Assembly (NCBI GenBank): GCA_965178125.1 | Contig: OZ237759.1 | Coordinates: 434,001-498,000 of the forward strand | DNA: 64,000 nucleotides | Origin: Bilabrum cf. latius | Lineage: Eukaryota | Reading direction: 5' to 3' | Shown here: in pieces, positions 49,573 through 63,400 of the stretch | Numbering within the stretch: position 1 is the stretch's first letter | Layout of the letters: each line of letters begins with the position of its first letter | Notes under the pieces: model-generated | What the model was told of the DNA's origin: nothing | Seen by the model: only the letters and a program-made list of their open reading frames with translations | Database searches by the model: none | Program-made: the position numbers and the translations under genes

Positions 49573-52500
49573 ATGGAAGAGAATGAGCGACGGGATGGCG
49601 GCAGGCACAGCCCCATGACCGCTGCCAATGCGATCGCTGTGGACAGCTCGGCGCTGGCGTTGGATGAGCACGACGTCGACAGGCCACCATGGGACGAACA
49701 GGCCACGGCAGCATCCAACGCAGCAGCACTCGCGCTTAGATTAGCAGAAACGGTTGCGGATTCCGAAGTCGCGCAAGCTGCGTTTCTTTCCTTGGACGGA
49801 GACGGTACGACCGGCTCTGGTGCTGCCGAGGCATCCGTTCGATGGCGCACGGCGCCAGGCCCCGTCTCTACCATCGAGGCCCAATGTGGCGCGCAGATTG
49901 CCCAGTCCTTGCCGTGCTGCTCGATCCGAAAGGGCTGCGACTGCATGGGTGCCTCCAGCCGTCGGGCTGAGCTTGCGAGGTCTGGACGCGTGCGCCCAGC
50001 CATGCCAACCCAGCTTCGACGAATGCAGACTGAAGCAAGAGAGGCGGCCGAACGCACCGCATAGGAGCTATTGGAAGCCTACAAATTCAAAGGTGGCCTG
50101 ACTCCGTGCGTGCATCCCGTGCCGGGGCACGATGATTTCTTGTTCGTGGCTGTTCCAGTTTCTGCCTCAAGTACAGCGCAAAGTAAAGGCTCGTCTGTCG
50201 GACCGGGCGTGCTTAGCACTGCCACCACCAGCGATTCGAGTCGCGTTGAAGTGCACGTTCATGCCGCCGGTACGAGATCGCACTCTCCTAGTACAGCGCA
50301 GGGGAGCCAGCAGCCAGCAAAATTCGACTTGTTGGAGAAAATCGAAGAGGAGAGCAGTCACTCATCGGGACCCGGCACCACTCCGCGAGACCAACAAAAT
50401 ACAAATACGAGCTCAGGAGAAGCGAAGCCGGCGGCCGCGGGTAGCAGCGGCGTCTCCTCGGAAACATCGACCTCCGCTGCCAGAAAGCGAGCATCTTCGG
50501 CCAGGCAGGTGCTCCACCTGCAGACCGCCACGCCTTCCATGAACGACCAGGACGTCCTTTTGTTGCGACGAGCGGCGGCCTTCCGGCGCCGCAGCGCAGT
50601 GACACTCACGGCACGCTTGGCATCCATGGCCGAGGAGCTGGCCCCGGCCCTCACCGCACTCGCCGCGCAAGGGGGGCTACAGCAGCAAGCCAAGCTGCAC
50701 GCCGAATCCGCGATGCACAAGATGGAGCGGGGTGCGATTGCGGTGGGGGAGAGAGCGAGGGTGAGGCAGATGGCGAGGTCGGGGGCACAGGCGGAGGGCC
50801 GTGGACAGGAGGGCGTGAGCTCTGTGAGGTTGGCAGCTGCCCACGCGACCGTGGTACAGGAGGGCCACAGGGCAGGCAGGATGGGGGCCCGGAGGGTCAG
50901 CGCGGGGTCAGCCGTGACGGGCGGCGTGCCCTTACAGAGCGGCATGGGGATGGGGATACGCCAGCTGCATGAGCGCGCCGACAGGATGCACCACACGGTG
51001 GGACTGGAGGCTACTGTGGGCGGCCAGAGGCAGGGGGGGCACGCGGGGGGTGGGGCTGGAGAGGACCATGACGACCTCGGTCTGCCGCTCGCCACGGGAG
51101 GAAACAAGATCACCGATAGGGCGGCAGCACGGCTAGCCAAGAGGCAGCAATCTGTGTCGCCCAGCAGCAGCGCTGGGACAAGAACTGTGGCGGGAGGAGG
51201 AGGAGGAGGAGGAGGAGCAGGGATTGGTGGTTCGACTGCCGGGCCAGCTGCCGTGCCTTCGAGTGCTTCGCATCAACGAGACATTGGGCTTGGGCTTGGT
51301 CGCAAAGGCACCTCTTCGGAGGAGAGCGGCTTGCTGCGGATCGCCACCCACGGCCCAGATGGAATCTCAACGGCTAAATTACTGGCCGACTCGAAAGGAG
51401 CCGACGGTGGCAGCGACGGGCTGCAGGGTCTCGGTGCCGCAGCCATGTGGCGAGAGAGGGCGGAGGGGGTGTCTGCGGCACTGCACGAGTTCAATCGAGG
51501 ACACTACCTCGGCATGGGGCACAAGTCCAGGGCCGTCCCGTTCTGCTGCTGTTCCCTGACTCGCCAGGGCGTCGAGCAGCTGGGCGCGTTCTTCGCGCCG
51601 TGGAGGTGGCAGGTAGGCTGCTGCAGACCCCCGGGGGCCGCGGAAGATAGATCTGTCGGTGCTGCGGCCCAGGCCTGCAGGGGACACGGGGGCCGGAATG
51701 CTTCGAGCGGGCACGCCCTCCCCGCCTTGTACGAGGACGCTGCGCCCCCCATGCAGGGCGCGTCCTCTGCCGCTGTGCTGAGATCGCCGTGCTGCTGCGC
51801 GGGGCTGCTGTGCGGGCCAGGGGTGCAGCTGGATGTGGCGGATCGCTCGGCGGAAGGTGCGGGCGGGTGTGGCTGCTTCGGCTGCTCTGGGTGTGGGTTA
51901 TGCACGTACTGCGCTTGTCTGCCGGTTTGCGCGACCGTGGACTTGTTCGTGTTGCTTGGCAGGGTTCTTGTGGCCTTGCTCATGCTGGCGCTAGGACCCG
52001 CTGTGGACGTAGGCCTCGCGGCACTCAGCGTGGTGCTCTGCTTCGGAGCCTTGGCTGCGTACGAGGGAGCGTGGGCTGTGCTTGCAGCAGACGGCGCGGC
52101 GCAGGACGAGGACAGTGGTGGGCATGGGAAGGGTGGGGACAACGACTAGGATGATGATGATGATGGCCGCGGCAGCCGCCATCTGACGCGCATCTCCAAC
52201 GGACAGGTGTGCATGGCAATGCTATGCTGCAAGGGGCTATGGTTCGCGGAAGAGACGATCGGGGCATACGAGATATCTGCTCCGTTTGCGGACTGGGCGC
52301 AAGGCATGATGCGGATGCAGCTGGACACGATGGGACGGGAGAGCCGGCGCATCGCCATGCGCGAGCAGAGCCTGCTTAAGGCAAGGGAGCATGCAAGAGC
52401 GATGTACGAGTCGCAGATGGCAGCTGCCAGGGCCAGGGAACAAGCAGCCCGGGCGCAAGCCAGGCGAGAGAGGTCTGCGAGCTCGGAGAGTCGGGGGTCT

Positions 52501-55500
52501 GCCACGGGAGACGGCACGGGAGCTGACGCCGGCAGATCGCCAGCCAGCAGCAAAGGGCCTATGATGGTCGTGCGGTCGGGCGCTAACGCGCCGTCTGCCC
52601 TCCATACGCCAAATCAGGCCCATCTGCAGCGTCACGTCACTGATGGGAGCCAGGCCTGTGCAGTATCCGCCTCTGGAGTGATACCATACAGGCAGCTGTC
52701 TGTCGACTCATCTTCTGAGGCTGGCTCTGCGCATGGATCGCGCATGAGAGCTGCCGACTCTACCGCTTTGCAACTGGCGGGTACCACCGAGGCTATCAGC
52801 GGTGAATCCACTTCACATACTCCCAGCTCCCAGTCGATGCCAGCGACTGGGACAAGGCCCCTCGACTCTCCAACACCCGGAGGAGGAGAGCTTGCAGCCA
52901 GTCAGCGGGACTCGCACGGTGGCAGCAGCAGGACCCCCACCGGTGGGAGTGAGGCAGGCCTAGGCAACAGTGCCAAAGACAACAACAGCAGCTCAGGCAA
53001 TGCGCGGTCCTCCGGGGACCACCCAGGCGGGTCACGATCTGCTGACCGCAACACAGGCACAGCCAGCGGCAGCACTAGGAGCAGGGCGACCTCTTCCGTC
53101 CGGTTTGCGGAGCAGGACCAAGAGCATGGCGCCGGTATGGTACCAGGGAACAGCGCAGGGAGCAGCGCAGGGAAGCTGTCATCGACGAGTTCCCGCGTTG
53201 GATCCACGAAATCCAAGAGGGTAGGCGATGGTGAGGGCGATGGAATGGCCCAGCACAGCCACACCAAGCCTATCAGAGACTCTTCCATCCCGCCGTCAAA
53301 GCTGCCCTCCTCTGACGTCATCGTGGTCCTCGTACCCCGTGCAAAGCTCCTGCGCCGGCAGTAGCCGCGAGGACCCCCCCGCCGCACGGTCCACTGGCGC
53401 GCCCTCTCGCAGTACGCCCGCTTCATCAGCTGCTAGGAAGCCTGCTGCGCCTGCGGGCCCGGGCTGGGTGCCTTCCTGGCCCAGGATCACGTGCAAGTGG
53501 CCCAGACCGGTACCTCGGGAACCATCGCGTAGCGAACCGCGCAGAATCTTCGCGCCAGCGTGCAGGGCCTGTCTAGCTACCCCGTTAGTCCTGAGGTGCT
53601 AGCAGCAGTGGAGGCGAGACTCCCCGCATTCGCGAGTGCAGAGCCACAGGCAGGCGCCATGAAGCCCGCGGCCAACATGCCGTCACACCCGCGGGTGGCT
53701 CCCTCACCGGGAACCAAGGGCCAATCCGCAGACCTGATGCATTCCAGTGCCTTCGATGAAATTGAACGGTAGAACGCAGCGGGCGCGACCCTGTACAGAG
53801 TCATGGCAGCCGAGTCCACGCTGCCGTCCTGCTGCGATCTGGTGGGGGCGTGCTGCAGCTCGATCAGCTGCGGGGCCGTGAGCTGGGGCGCGGCCACGAC
53901 GTCCCACGCGATCGGGTCGGCCCTCTGCACACTGCTGTGCCTGCTACCGTGCACCGCATTGCCGCGCAGGTACAGACGGGATGCCGCGAGATGCCTGTGT
54001 CGGGAGGATCCAGTCGATGCCCTCATGTAGGGGGTCACCATGTGGGACCTGCAGGCAGCTCGGTGCAGCGACGACAAGGCGGTGCTCCAGAGACTTGGGA
54101 CCGGGGGGAGCGGCGGCGTGGATCCGTCGCAGGTGCCGGCACCCGGATTCGACGCCTTTCCCGAGGCGATGCCCATCGGTCCCAAGCTAGACAACATCGC
54201 GCAGCACGGCAACAAGACGCTGCGCTCTCATTTCAGCAGTGCCAGCACAGGCGTTGGCAATGATTGGCTTGGGTCGGCCCCTGGTCAACCCACCCTGGGC
54301 GAAGACACTGCAGGCATCCTGCACACGATGCAGCTGAGGGCGAGCGAAGCTCTCGTCGGAGCCATGGCGTGGATGGCGCTGCGCAAGGGCGGCAACCTTG
54401 GCCCGTCTGATTTCGCCCGCATTCGGGAGTCGCTGGGCCATTGGGGACTATTCACGAGGGACGCGGACCGCGCCTCCTTGTTGCACACCGTGCTGGACCC
54501 AGGGCAGCTGAGCAGACCTCCCAGGCTCTGGACGGCGCACGACTTCGGGACCGACCGCGCAGGTAAAGCAGAAAAGGATTCCACCGAAAGCGACGCAACG
54601 GACGCAGCAAGTGACGATGATGCCGACGCTGGCATGGGCGGGGGTGTGCTGGACACGAGCGCCAACCGATCGAGGAATACCGGCTCTCCCCACGGAACAC
54701 CTCGCGCAGGGCAACGCCATGCGTCGGGGGGAGTTGCACCTGCCCGTGGGAAGCGCCGTGCCTCATTCGTAGGCGACTCACGCGGCGTGTCCATGGGCGT
54801 TGGAACCAGTGGGAAGAAACGAAGGAGCAGCGGTGGGGTCGGAGGGGGCATTTCGGGCGGACGGTCCGCTGCAGTGCAGATGGCGCTGGACAGCGTAAAC
54901 CACCCGAACCGTCCCGCAACAGCATCGCGACATCGCGCTGCATCTGCCGCGTCGGTCACATCGGCATCCGGGCCCCGTGGCATGGTCAGAAGCAGCACTC
55001 GGTCCACAGCAGGCACCAGACACGGCAGTCCCGGTGCCAGGGCACGATCGATGGATTCTCCCAAGAGTCGGGCCGATCGGATCCTAAGCTCTACAACGGC
55101 ACAAGGCGCGGGGGAGTAGGGATCGATCACAAGCAGATCGAGAAGAAGGGAAGGGACGGGGCAGGGGAGACGAGCCGGCGGGGCTCGGTTGCGCGGCGGG
55201 CGCTCGAGCGAGAGACCGGGGTCTTCCAGCTACAGCTCAAGCGGCGGGATCCTGAAACCGCAGGGAGGCGTCATCTCGCGGGGCAATTCATCTTCTCGCC
55301 GCGCCCAGCGGAAACAGCAGCGGTTGCAGCATCGCGGCAGGTCGGGTGCCTCGCACACGTCACACACGTCACACGACTCATCGCGGTCCGTGTCGCGATC
55401 CACCCGGCAGCCCCATCACTCCGCCAGGTCGCCAACACAGGGCTCAGGGGCCGGCTTGGGTGACGGGGATGGACGTTGGGCGGGGAATGCAAAGGACATG

Positions 55501-57342
55501 GGAATGACTGTGGCAGACCAAGACGTGTCAGAGCTGATTGGAGCCTCCCTATCGCTGAGACCTGGGGGACACAGCCGGCGGAGGGCCGACTCAGGCAGCA
55601 CCGTGGACACGGTGGAGGAGGAGGAGGCGGCGCGTCAAGCAGAGGAGGAGGAGGCAATGGAGCGGTTCGGCAACTAGCGGTTCACGTTTGATGACCTGGC
55701 TATGTGCGTTGGACTGAGCTGGAGGCAGCGCCTCACCCGTTTTCAGAGGCGGCGACGGGCAGCCAGCATCATCATGTAGCAGAGCAGCGGGCGGGGGGTA
55801 TCCACCGCTGCTGCTGGAGCGAAGGAGCCGGGAGGCGAAGGGCGTGCAAAGAGTGGCGCATCCGTAGCACCGCTTCCCCAGCGTGATCTAACGCGAAGCG
55901 AGCACAGCATGGGGGCGGGTGCAGGAATGAGCATGGGCGGCATGAGCATGGGGGCGGCCAGCAGCCGCAGCGTCAAGCTCCGACCCTCCGGGGAGAGCTC
56001 GAGCAGCCTGGCCACTGGAACCTCCGGCGGGAAATACACCATGGCTGGCATGCTGTCAGGCCGGGATGCAGCCAAGATCCGATTTGCCAAGCCTTGGCCC
56101 TCTGGATCGCTGCACCCCGCCCTGCAGAAACACGTCGACACGGTGTGGCAGCAGGCACGCGTGGCCAGGCTGCGAGCCATGGTGGAGGCAGCGCCCCAGC
56201 TGCGACAGAAGCTGGCCGTGAAGGGCTTCTCGCTAGACGCTCTGCAGGATCTTCATCGCCTTGCTGAGATTGAGCTGAGGAGGATTCGGCGGACGGACAC
56301 TGCAGCGCTCAACAGGCGGGGGATCGACACGACTCGAAACGATGCAGATGACGCAGACTCGATCGACAGTATAGCGAGGAGCCCTGCCAGTCGCGCCAGG
56401 AGCGGCGGCAATATTACCGTCAAGTCTCACAGGCCGTTTGCGGGCGGTGTAGGAGGAGGAGAACAAAGTGGCGAGCCCATCGATGGGCAGGACGGTAGCA
56501 GCGGTACGGCTCTCGATCGAATCACTCGATCTAAGTCGGATGGGGCCGCGCTTCGGACCTTCGACCAAGGCCACCCTATCCTCGGTAAGGCCGGTGCTCT
56601 GGAGCACAACAGCACCGGCTTGACCGCGGCCGCCTCTGGCCATTCCCTGGTTGCAGGAGGCTCCAATTAGATGCAGCCGGCCGCGGTGCCGTCAGTGGGC
56701 AGCAAGGGGTCGAATGAGGACAGCATGCGGCTCGAGTCGGTGCGGCAGGAGGATCGCAGGTCTGTCCGCGGCGTCGCTGCCAAGGCTGATGGCAAGGACG
56801 GGGCCGTTGTTCCTCTGAGCGGGAGGAATCCCCTGCGGCGGGTCGGGTCATCCAATGAGGATGGGTCTAGTCAGCACCAGCAGGGGGGCGTGGAGCGGTC
56901 CAGCCTGGGGCAGCGGCTGCACGAGCTGTCTCATGTCAAGCTTCCGAAGCTGCTGGCGATTCCCAAAGGGGGGGGAGGCCAGGGAGTGGGCAGGAGGAGC
57001 AGCATGGGCACGGCACGAAGGGTGCCGGGGAAGAGGGCGAGCACGGGTGGGATAGGGGCGGGGAAGGGCAGGAGGGTAGTGTCCACGACCGTGGCGCGGC
57101 ACCACGCCAAGGGGAGCGGGCAGGGGCACTTCGACTTCGGGGCGAGGGTCCCAGGGAACAACGGGAGCGGGAGCGGCAGGTTCGGCGGCGGTGGTTCGGC
57201 CAAGGCGACGAAAGACGAGCTGATTTCGACTCCGGGTCCCATCGGGGCCGGTGGCACATCCTCTGGTGTTGGTGGGACGATCGCCAAAAACCCTTCCGGC
57301 AAGAGGAGGAGGGACAGGAGGCTAAGGAGGACCAGCCAGTGA
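49573..57342 (+). CDS. Very large uncharacterised protein (~2590 aa), mostly G/S/A low-complexity, with Cys-rich and hydrophobic segments
   Basis: Nine ORF-track fragments are all in one frame, separated only by about 11 TAGs over 7.8 kb. Stop TGA. Hydrophobic hairpin near 51930-52080. Confidence 0.75.
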
Positions 57343-57628
57343 CGAAGCCCGATAAATTCGATGCATTGACGGGTATTGCACTGTTATTATGGATATCTCT
57401 GCTTTTTGACTGGCTGTATGTCCACATGCAGTCCATGCACGCACCATCCAACGGATCGCAACCACGCACTCAAGGGCCTAAACTTCTATTGAATTTTGAG
57501 CCGCAGGTCGGGTCGCATCCGGGCCCTAGCAGACACCGGGCAGCACTGCACTGCACTGCAGGAATAACCAGATCGGGCGGCATAATCACAGCCCGGTGCG
57601 TGCACATCATCCAACGCCCGCAGCTTGC

Positions 57629-60217
57629 TCAGGCCTTGCTGAGGCGAAGGAACACGGCGTCATGCGTGGGCACAGACGCCGAGAACGAGCCGGTGTGCGC
57701 GCCGAGGTCCTTGTTGTTGTAGATGTCGAACACCTTGTAGCTGTCGCTGGCCGAGATGCCGATGTCGGACCACTGGGCAGTGATGGTCTGCGTGCCGCTG
57801 GAGCGGCTGATCAGAGCCACAGCGTAGTCGCCGCCGGATAGGGGCCCCGCCCAGACCTCCTGCGCCCCTGCTGGCACGTCATCGAAGGTGGACACGCACA
57901 TGTCGCTGCCGGAGGAGGCTGCAGACCTCAGCTGCTTGCTGCTCTGGTCGTACACCCACTGCTGCTGGCTGGGCTGGCCAGCGCCGCAGGGCAGAGTCTT
58001 GAGCTGCATGGCGTTGAAGCCAGCCTCCACAGCCTCAGGGTGCTTGGCAGAGGGCATGGGGACTGCGGTCAGGCACTGTCCGGTGCCCTGGCTGACGATC
58101 TTGCCGGCGTTGAAGGTCCACTGCTGGTTCTTGCCGTCGCAGCCGTCGCAGCCGAGGGGGGCACCACCTGCGTACTTCTCGTCTCCGTAGGCGTAGCCCT
58201 TGTACCCCGCGTCCGAAGAGCATGAGTACTCCTGGACGATGTTGCCTGCGGTGCTGTTGTAGCAGCAGTAGATGTCAAGGCAGTTGCCATCATCCACGTT
58301 CTTGATCTGCTGGTCCGAAGTGATCTCCCACTGCTGCTTCTGCTGACTGGGGTTGCACGACTCCACGAAGATGGCGCTGGAGCCTAGCGCGCCGAGCCTC
58401 TGCAGCTCCTTCTTGTCCATGCCAACGAAGCCGGGGTGGTTGGGGATCTCAACCTCGGTATCGGGGCTGCCAGAGGAGGCCACACGGTGTGCCTGCACGC
58501 CAAGAGGGTCTTGGTTCACGGCGATGGCGTCCTTGTTGAGCAGGATGGCCTTCGTGTCGTCGGACATGGTGGTCACGTCGCAACCAACGAGCAGGGGGGC
58601 CTTCATCATGGACCAGAGCGCGAAGTGGATGCGGTACTCGGCTGTGGTCATGCCGCCGTTGCCGACCTCGAGCATGTCTGCGTGGGGGGTAAGTTCAAGC
58701 AGGCACTGCACAAGATAATTCGATCCAAGGAAGAGACGATGGTGATGCTGTGACAGCCGGTGTCAACTTGACAAGCGGGCGATAACGTTAGAAACCCATA
58801 GAACGGGCTTGCCTTTGACGGATGTCTATACACGAGGTACAACAAGCACAGCGCAGTGCAACCTCACCGGGGTCGTTCCAACCGCCGGGGCCAGCGTACA
58901 GGTACAGGGGCTCGTTCTGGTCAAGCCTCGAGGTCATGGACTTCCAGTTGTCGGAGATGTCCCCGGTGGTCCTCCACGAGTTGCCCACTGCGGGGGCCCA
59001 AGTGGCGGGGTTGTCCACTCCCCACTGCGGTTATGGATGGGTTGGGTGGGGGTGGAGATCGGTGGTGATGGATGGGTGCGATAGGCCTAGGCAATCTTGA
59101 GGGCGAGGAAGTCGAGAGAACGAATGGAATGGCACCGCTTGGACAGGCAGACCCGTCCATGCCTTGCCTTGGGCCACCAAGCCAACAGCGCAGGAGCCCC
59201 GTGCATGGCTTGCATTAAGGAGACTCACCTCGCACATGGAGAAGAAGATCTTGTGCCCGGTGGCATTGAGCGCATCCCGCATCACCGGGTACCTTGTCTC
59301 AGGCTTGGTGCCGTCGCTGTTGCAGTTGTCCACCTTGATGTAGTCCACGGACCATGCAGCATACTGCTCGGCGTCCTTGGTCTCGTAGTGGAGGGACCCT
59401 GGGCGGCCGGCGCACGTCTTCGTGCCTGCGTGCAACATGGTGAAAAGGATCATCTTAGCTGTCGCAACCGGTGCGATTCATATGCAGCGCGTTGCCAGTC
59501 GATGCAGTTGCAACAGTTGGCTTACCGAGATCAGTGTACATGCCCCACTTGAGGCCCTTGGAGTGCACGTAGGAGGCCAGCGCGGGGATCCCCGACGGGA
59601 AAGTGGCGGGGTCTGCCTCGATGTAGCCAGTCGCATTCCGTGACTTGGCCCAGCAACTGCGGAGCGATAGCATAAGGACCATGCGAGGTACGATGATTGC
59701 TCGAAAGATACGATTCTCTGGCTTGAGATACCAATTTTGCTAGATATACAGGATGATTATGTAGTCGTTGCGAAGTCTGCATTTGGCTCGCATTCTACCA
59801 GAAGTCTCGAGGTAAGCTCACTCATCAATATTGCAGTAAATATATCCTGCATCTTTTAGCCCGGAGGATACCATAGCGTCCGCAGTGTTACGGATAAGCG
59901 TCTCATTCACGCCGCAATGGAAGTGATTCCAGGTCTGCGCGCTTAAGCTCTAAATGTCGTGAGCATGTGATTGAATCCATACGCAATAATTCACATGTAT
60001 ACTAAAATACACAAGCATCCTGTTTTCTCACATTGAATCCCATCTGGGGAGTCTTTCCGAGCCCCTGCGAAAGTAGAGAGATCCAACGGCAACTGGTCCA
60101 CGTGCGGTTCATCTCGTGATAATACAGCAATCATTGCCCTCCAGCAGAGCTTCATACATTGTCAAGGGCGTATGTGGACGCCGCAAGTGATGCTACTACC
60201 GCCAGAGCCGACAGCAT
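57629..60217 (-). CDS. Alpha-galactosidase (GH27) with inserted ricin-B lectin module (7 exons)
   Basis: Signal peptide, then [66 protein letters not shown]. QxW repeats (QQWEIT, QQWTFN, QQWVYD) precede QEVWAGPL. Six GT-AG introns, stop TGA, no TAG codons seen. Confidence 0.93.
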
Positions 60218-60419
60218 CTTGGAGAAAGATGCTTGCGTCAAACACACTTGCGAGTTAAACCGATTTCAGCACGCAACAGAACCATACTGGATCCGGAGTC
60301 TGATCCGGATTGGTCACCGCGTTTTGACCCGTTTAAACCACGGTACAGGCAGCGAAACAACAACAGTACCACGAGTATACGTGCAATCAAATACCGCGAT
60401 GTGAATCGAACAGCTCCAT

Positions 60420-63400
60420 TCACCTCCGCCTGGTCTTGAGCGCGAAGCTCGCCATCCCGAAGGGCCCCCAGCCCACCGCGTTCCTGGCCCGAACCCGGAA
60501 CACGTACTCGGTCGAAGGAGATAGACCCTCCACCGCGCACTCGCACTCGCCGCAGTCCTCCACCACCCGCCTCCAGGTGTGACGAGTGCGCAGCAGCCGC
60601 AGCCGGTCCTCGGCGCTCATCCTGGGGTCGAGTGGGCCACCCGATTCGCCGCCCTCCATGGCCATGCGGAACCGTTGCGCGGCGACGTACGAAGCGAAAC
60701 CTTCCTCTTCCGCAGCGGCAGCTTCCATCGACCCCATCGCCCTAGGCACGACCTCCATCCCCTCCACAAACTCGGAATAGAAACGAAGCAACCGCGCAGT
60801 GGTTTCCCCTCCTGATGGTGGTGATGACGACGACGAGGCCCTGGCACCCATCCCACTCGTCACATCGGGTGCGGGCAGCACCCTAGCGCTGCCCGCCTCC
60901 GCCATCTCCACACAGTAGCCCAGCACGGCCGCCCCGTTGTTCCTCCCGGGTCGCCAGCGGATCACCATGGTGGTGTCAAGGCGGGACGCCTGCACCGGGG
61001 GCAGGGGCGGGGGCAGGGGCGGCGCGGCGGGGCCGCGCACGGGAAGACTCGGAGCCGAAAACACAGAGGAGCCGGACTCCGCGACTGCTCTAACCCGGAA
61101 CTGCCAGGCGGTCCCCGGGGTCACGTCGGCCGCACGCCAGAAACACGAGTGGTGCGCGTGCAGGCCCAGGGCCCGCGCCTCGGTTGCAACCGGGTCACCA
61201 TCCAGGCACCCCTGCAGCACCGACACGACCCCATCTGCTCCGACCCTGCCCGATCCCATGGCGGCCTCCACCCCTGCAACCCCGCTGGCACCAGACAGAC
61301 CGCCGGACTGTCTCACTACCGAGACACCGCTTCCATTGCTATGCTTCTGCTGGCCCAAGTTTCGGATGGACCCACCTCTCTTCGTTGTTCCCTGCACTGC
61401 GAGGCTCTCCGTCGGTTGCAACCGCACCCCCTGCGGCAGCCCCGCCCGCCGAGTCAAAGCCCCGCTCGCAGACACGTCGTGTTCCCTGACGAACCCACCC
61501 GTAACACTCGTTACACCGGATGCACGGCCATCAGCAGGCCTGGATTCAGCAGATGAACCGCTTCCGCTGCCCACGATGTTGGCACCTGCTCCAAGCGCCG
61601 CTGCGTTCGTCCTTAGGCGGCTGCTGTCACCGCTGCTGACCGCCGCAGATGCACCGCCCGACGGGGCCAACCCTCGCTTCTAAACAACCGACTCACGGTC
61701 CTCCGCCTCCTGGCTCGTCATGTTCCCCGGCTCGTCCTCCTCCTCGTCACTGCCAATGGGAGAGTGGTCACGGGTGCCAGGTTCCGCTCGGGCGCCGCGC
61801 AATCCATCATGAGCCGCGGTGGCGCCATCGGTGCCGACGTGGGACGACTTGTCCACGCCCCGGTCGTAGCGGTCAGCGTGTGCGTTGGCGATCCCGGGAT
61901 CGAGACCCGGAGCCACACCCGCCCCGATACCCCTCCCGCCTGCCCCCCCCTTCAGCGCTGCTTCCCTCCTCTGCCTTGACATCATCTCCTTGCCCCGCGC
62001 TTTCTCGATCTCCCGGGCCAGCGCGTCCGAGACCGCCATTGGGTCCCCACCCCCTGGGGCCGCCCGCAGACTCCGGAGCCCGGGAGACACCTCCGGCGCC
62101 GCGCGGCAGTCCTCAGCGGAACATCTTGCGACGAGCCTCCACGGCATGGCGCACCTCCAGCCCCGCCTGAGCACCTCCTCCGTGTCCTCCTCCACGTCTA
62201 GGCCCCCGTGCCATACCAAGGGGGCTGAAGTTGTCCGGGCCTGGCTGGTGGAACCGCTGCCGTGCAGTGCTCCAAATGTGGCACCTTCGTGCGATGCACC
62301 CATGGTGTTTTGTTCCCCGGGGGTAGGGGAGCCCTCACCCAGCAGTGCGGCTCGCACGGATTCGGCTGTGGGCAAAGAGCCGTCAGCCCCTCCGGCGGCC
62401 CAGCGAAGCGGAGGCTGCGGCATCGCCAGCTTGACCATTTGCTCCTCCCTCTCGTCGTCGGAGGGGTTCCCCTGGTCCCCGGGTCCCACCACCCTTCGCG
62501 CGCACACCTCGTAGCAGCGAACCTTCGCTCCCCTGGACCGCGGCGCGCTCCAGCGCAGCAGCAGAGAGAAGCCCGTCCCCGCCACCACAAGGGGCTGCCC
62601 GGGGACACCTGGCTCCAGGGAGGGCAGACGCACTGCATTGCCGCGCACGGACGGCGCGGACCACTCGTCACACCGATTGCCCCTGGCAGATACCCGGAAC
62701 TCGTACCTGCGCCCCTGCCGGAGCCCCCTCACGACCGCTTGGCACAGCCTGCCCGCGATGCCCGTGGTCTCTGGTACGAGCGGGCCGGTCACGCCGGCTG
62801 TGCCCCTCCCGCTGGCCTGTCTCCTCATTAGAGCGTCCTGGATCTTGGGACCACCAATGCTGTGTGACGAGTGAGTGGCCGGGGGCAGGGGCACGAGGCC
62901 ACGTTCCAGTTCCCACGCCCTCTGCCGGTCCTTGGCAAGCAGACCCTGCCTCGCCCCTGCTGCCTCTGCCCCTGCTCCGGCATGCAGGGAGACTTGAAGG
63001 GCCGCTCCATCCGCGACGTCCTCACTCGTCACACCAGACACCCCTGTGCCGGTCCCTGTGCCACTCTATGCTGCTGCCGTGGGTAGCCCCTGGCCCTGCT
63101 CCGATGGAGCCTCTTGCGACCAGCGCAGCTGCTTGGCCTCGCGCTCGCTCAAAACCACCCATGGATTGCGGCCCCGCCCGCTTGCGAGCACTGCGGAATG
63201 CGACTGACCGTCCGAGGCGCCCGATGTGACACTGCCCGCAAGCTGCTCATCTCTCTCGACTCCTTCTCCTCCTCCTTCTTCATTTTCTTGTCCTCCCTGC
63301 AGCAGGGCAGCCTGGTCCCCTGGCTCCCTCAGGATGGCCTCCTCACCGGTTACAACCAATTCCAGCGGAACCACGGCGGCGCCGGGCACGTCCTTCCACC

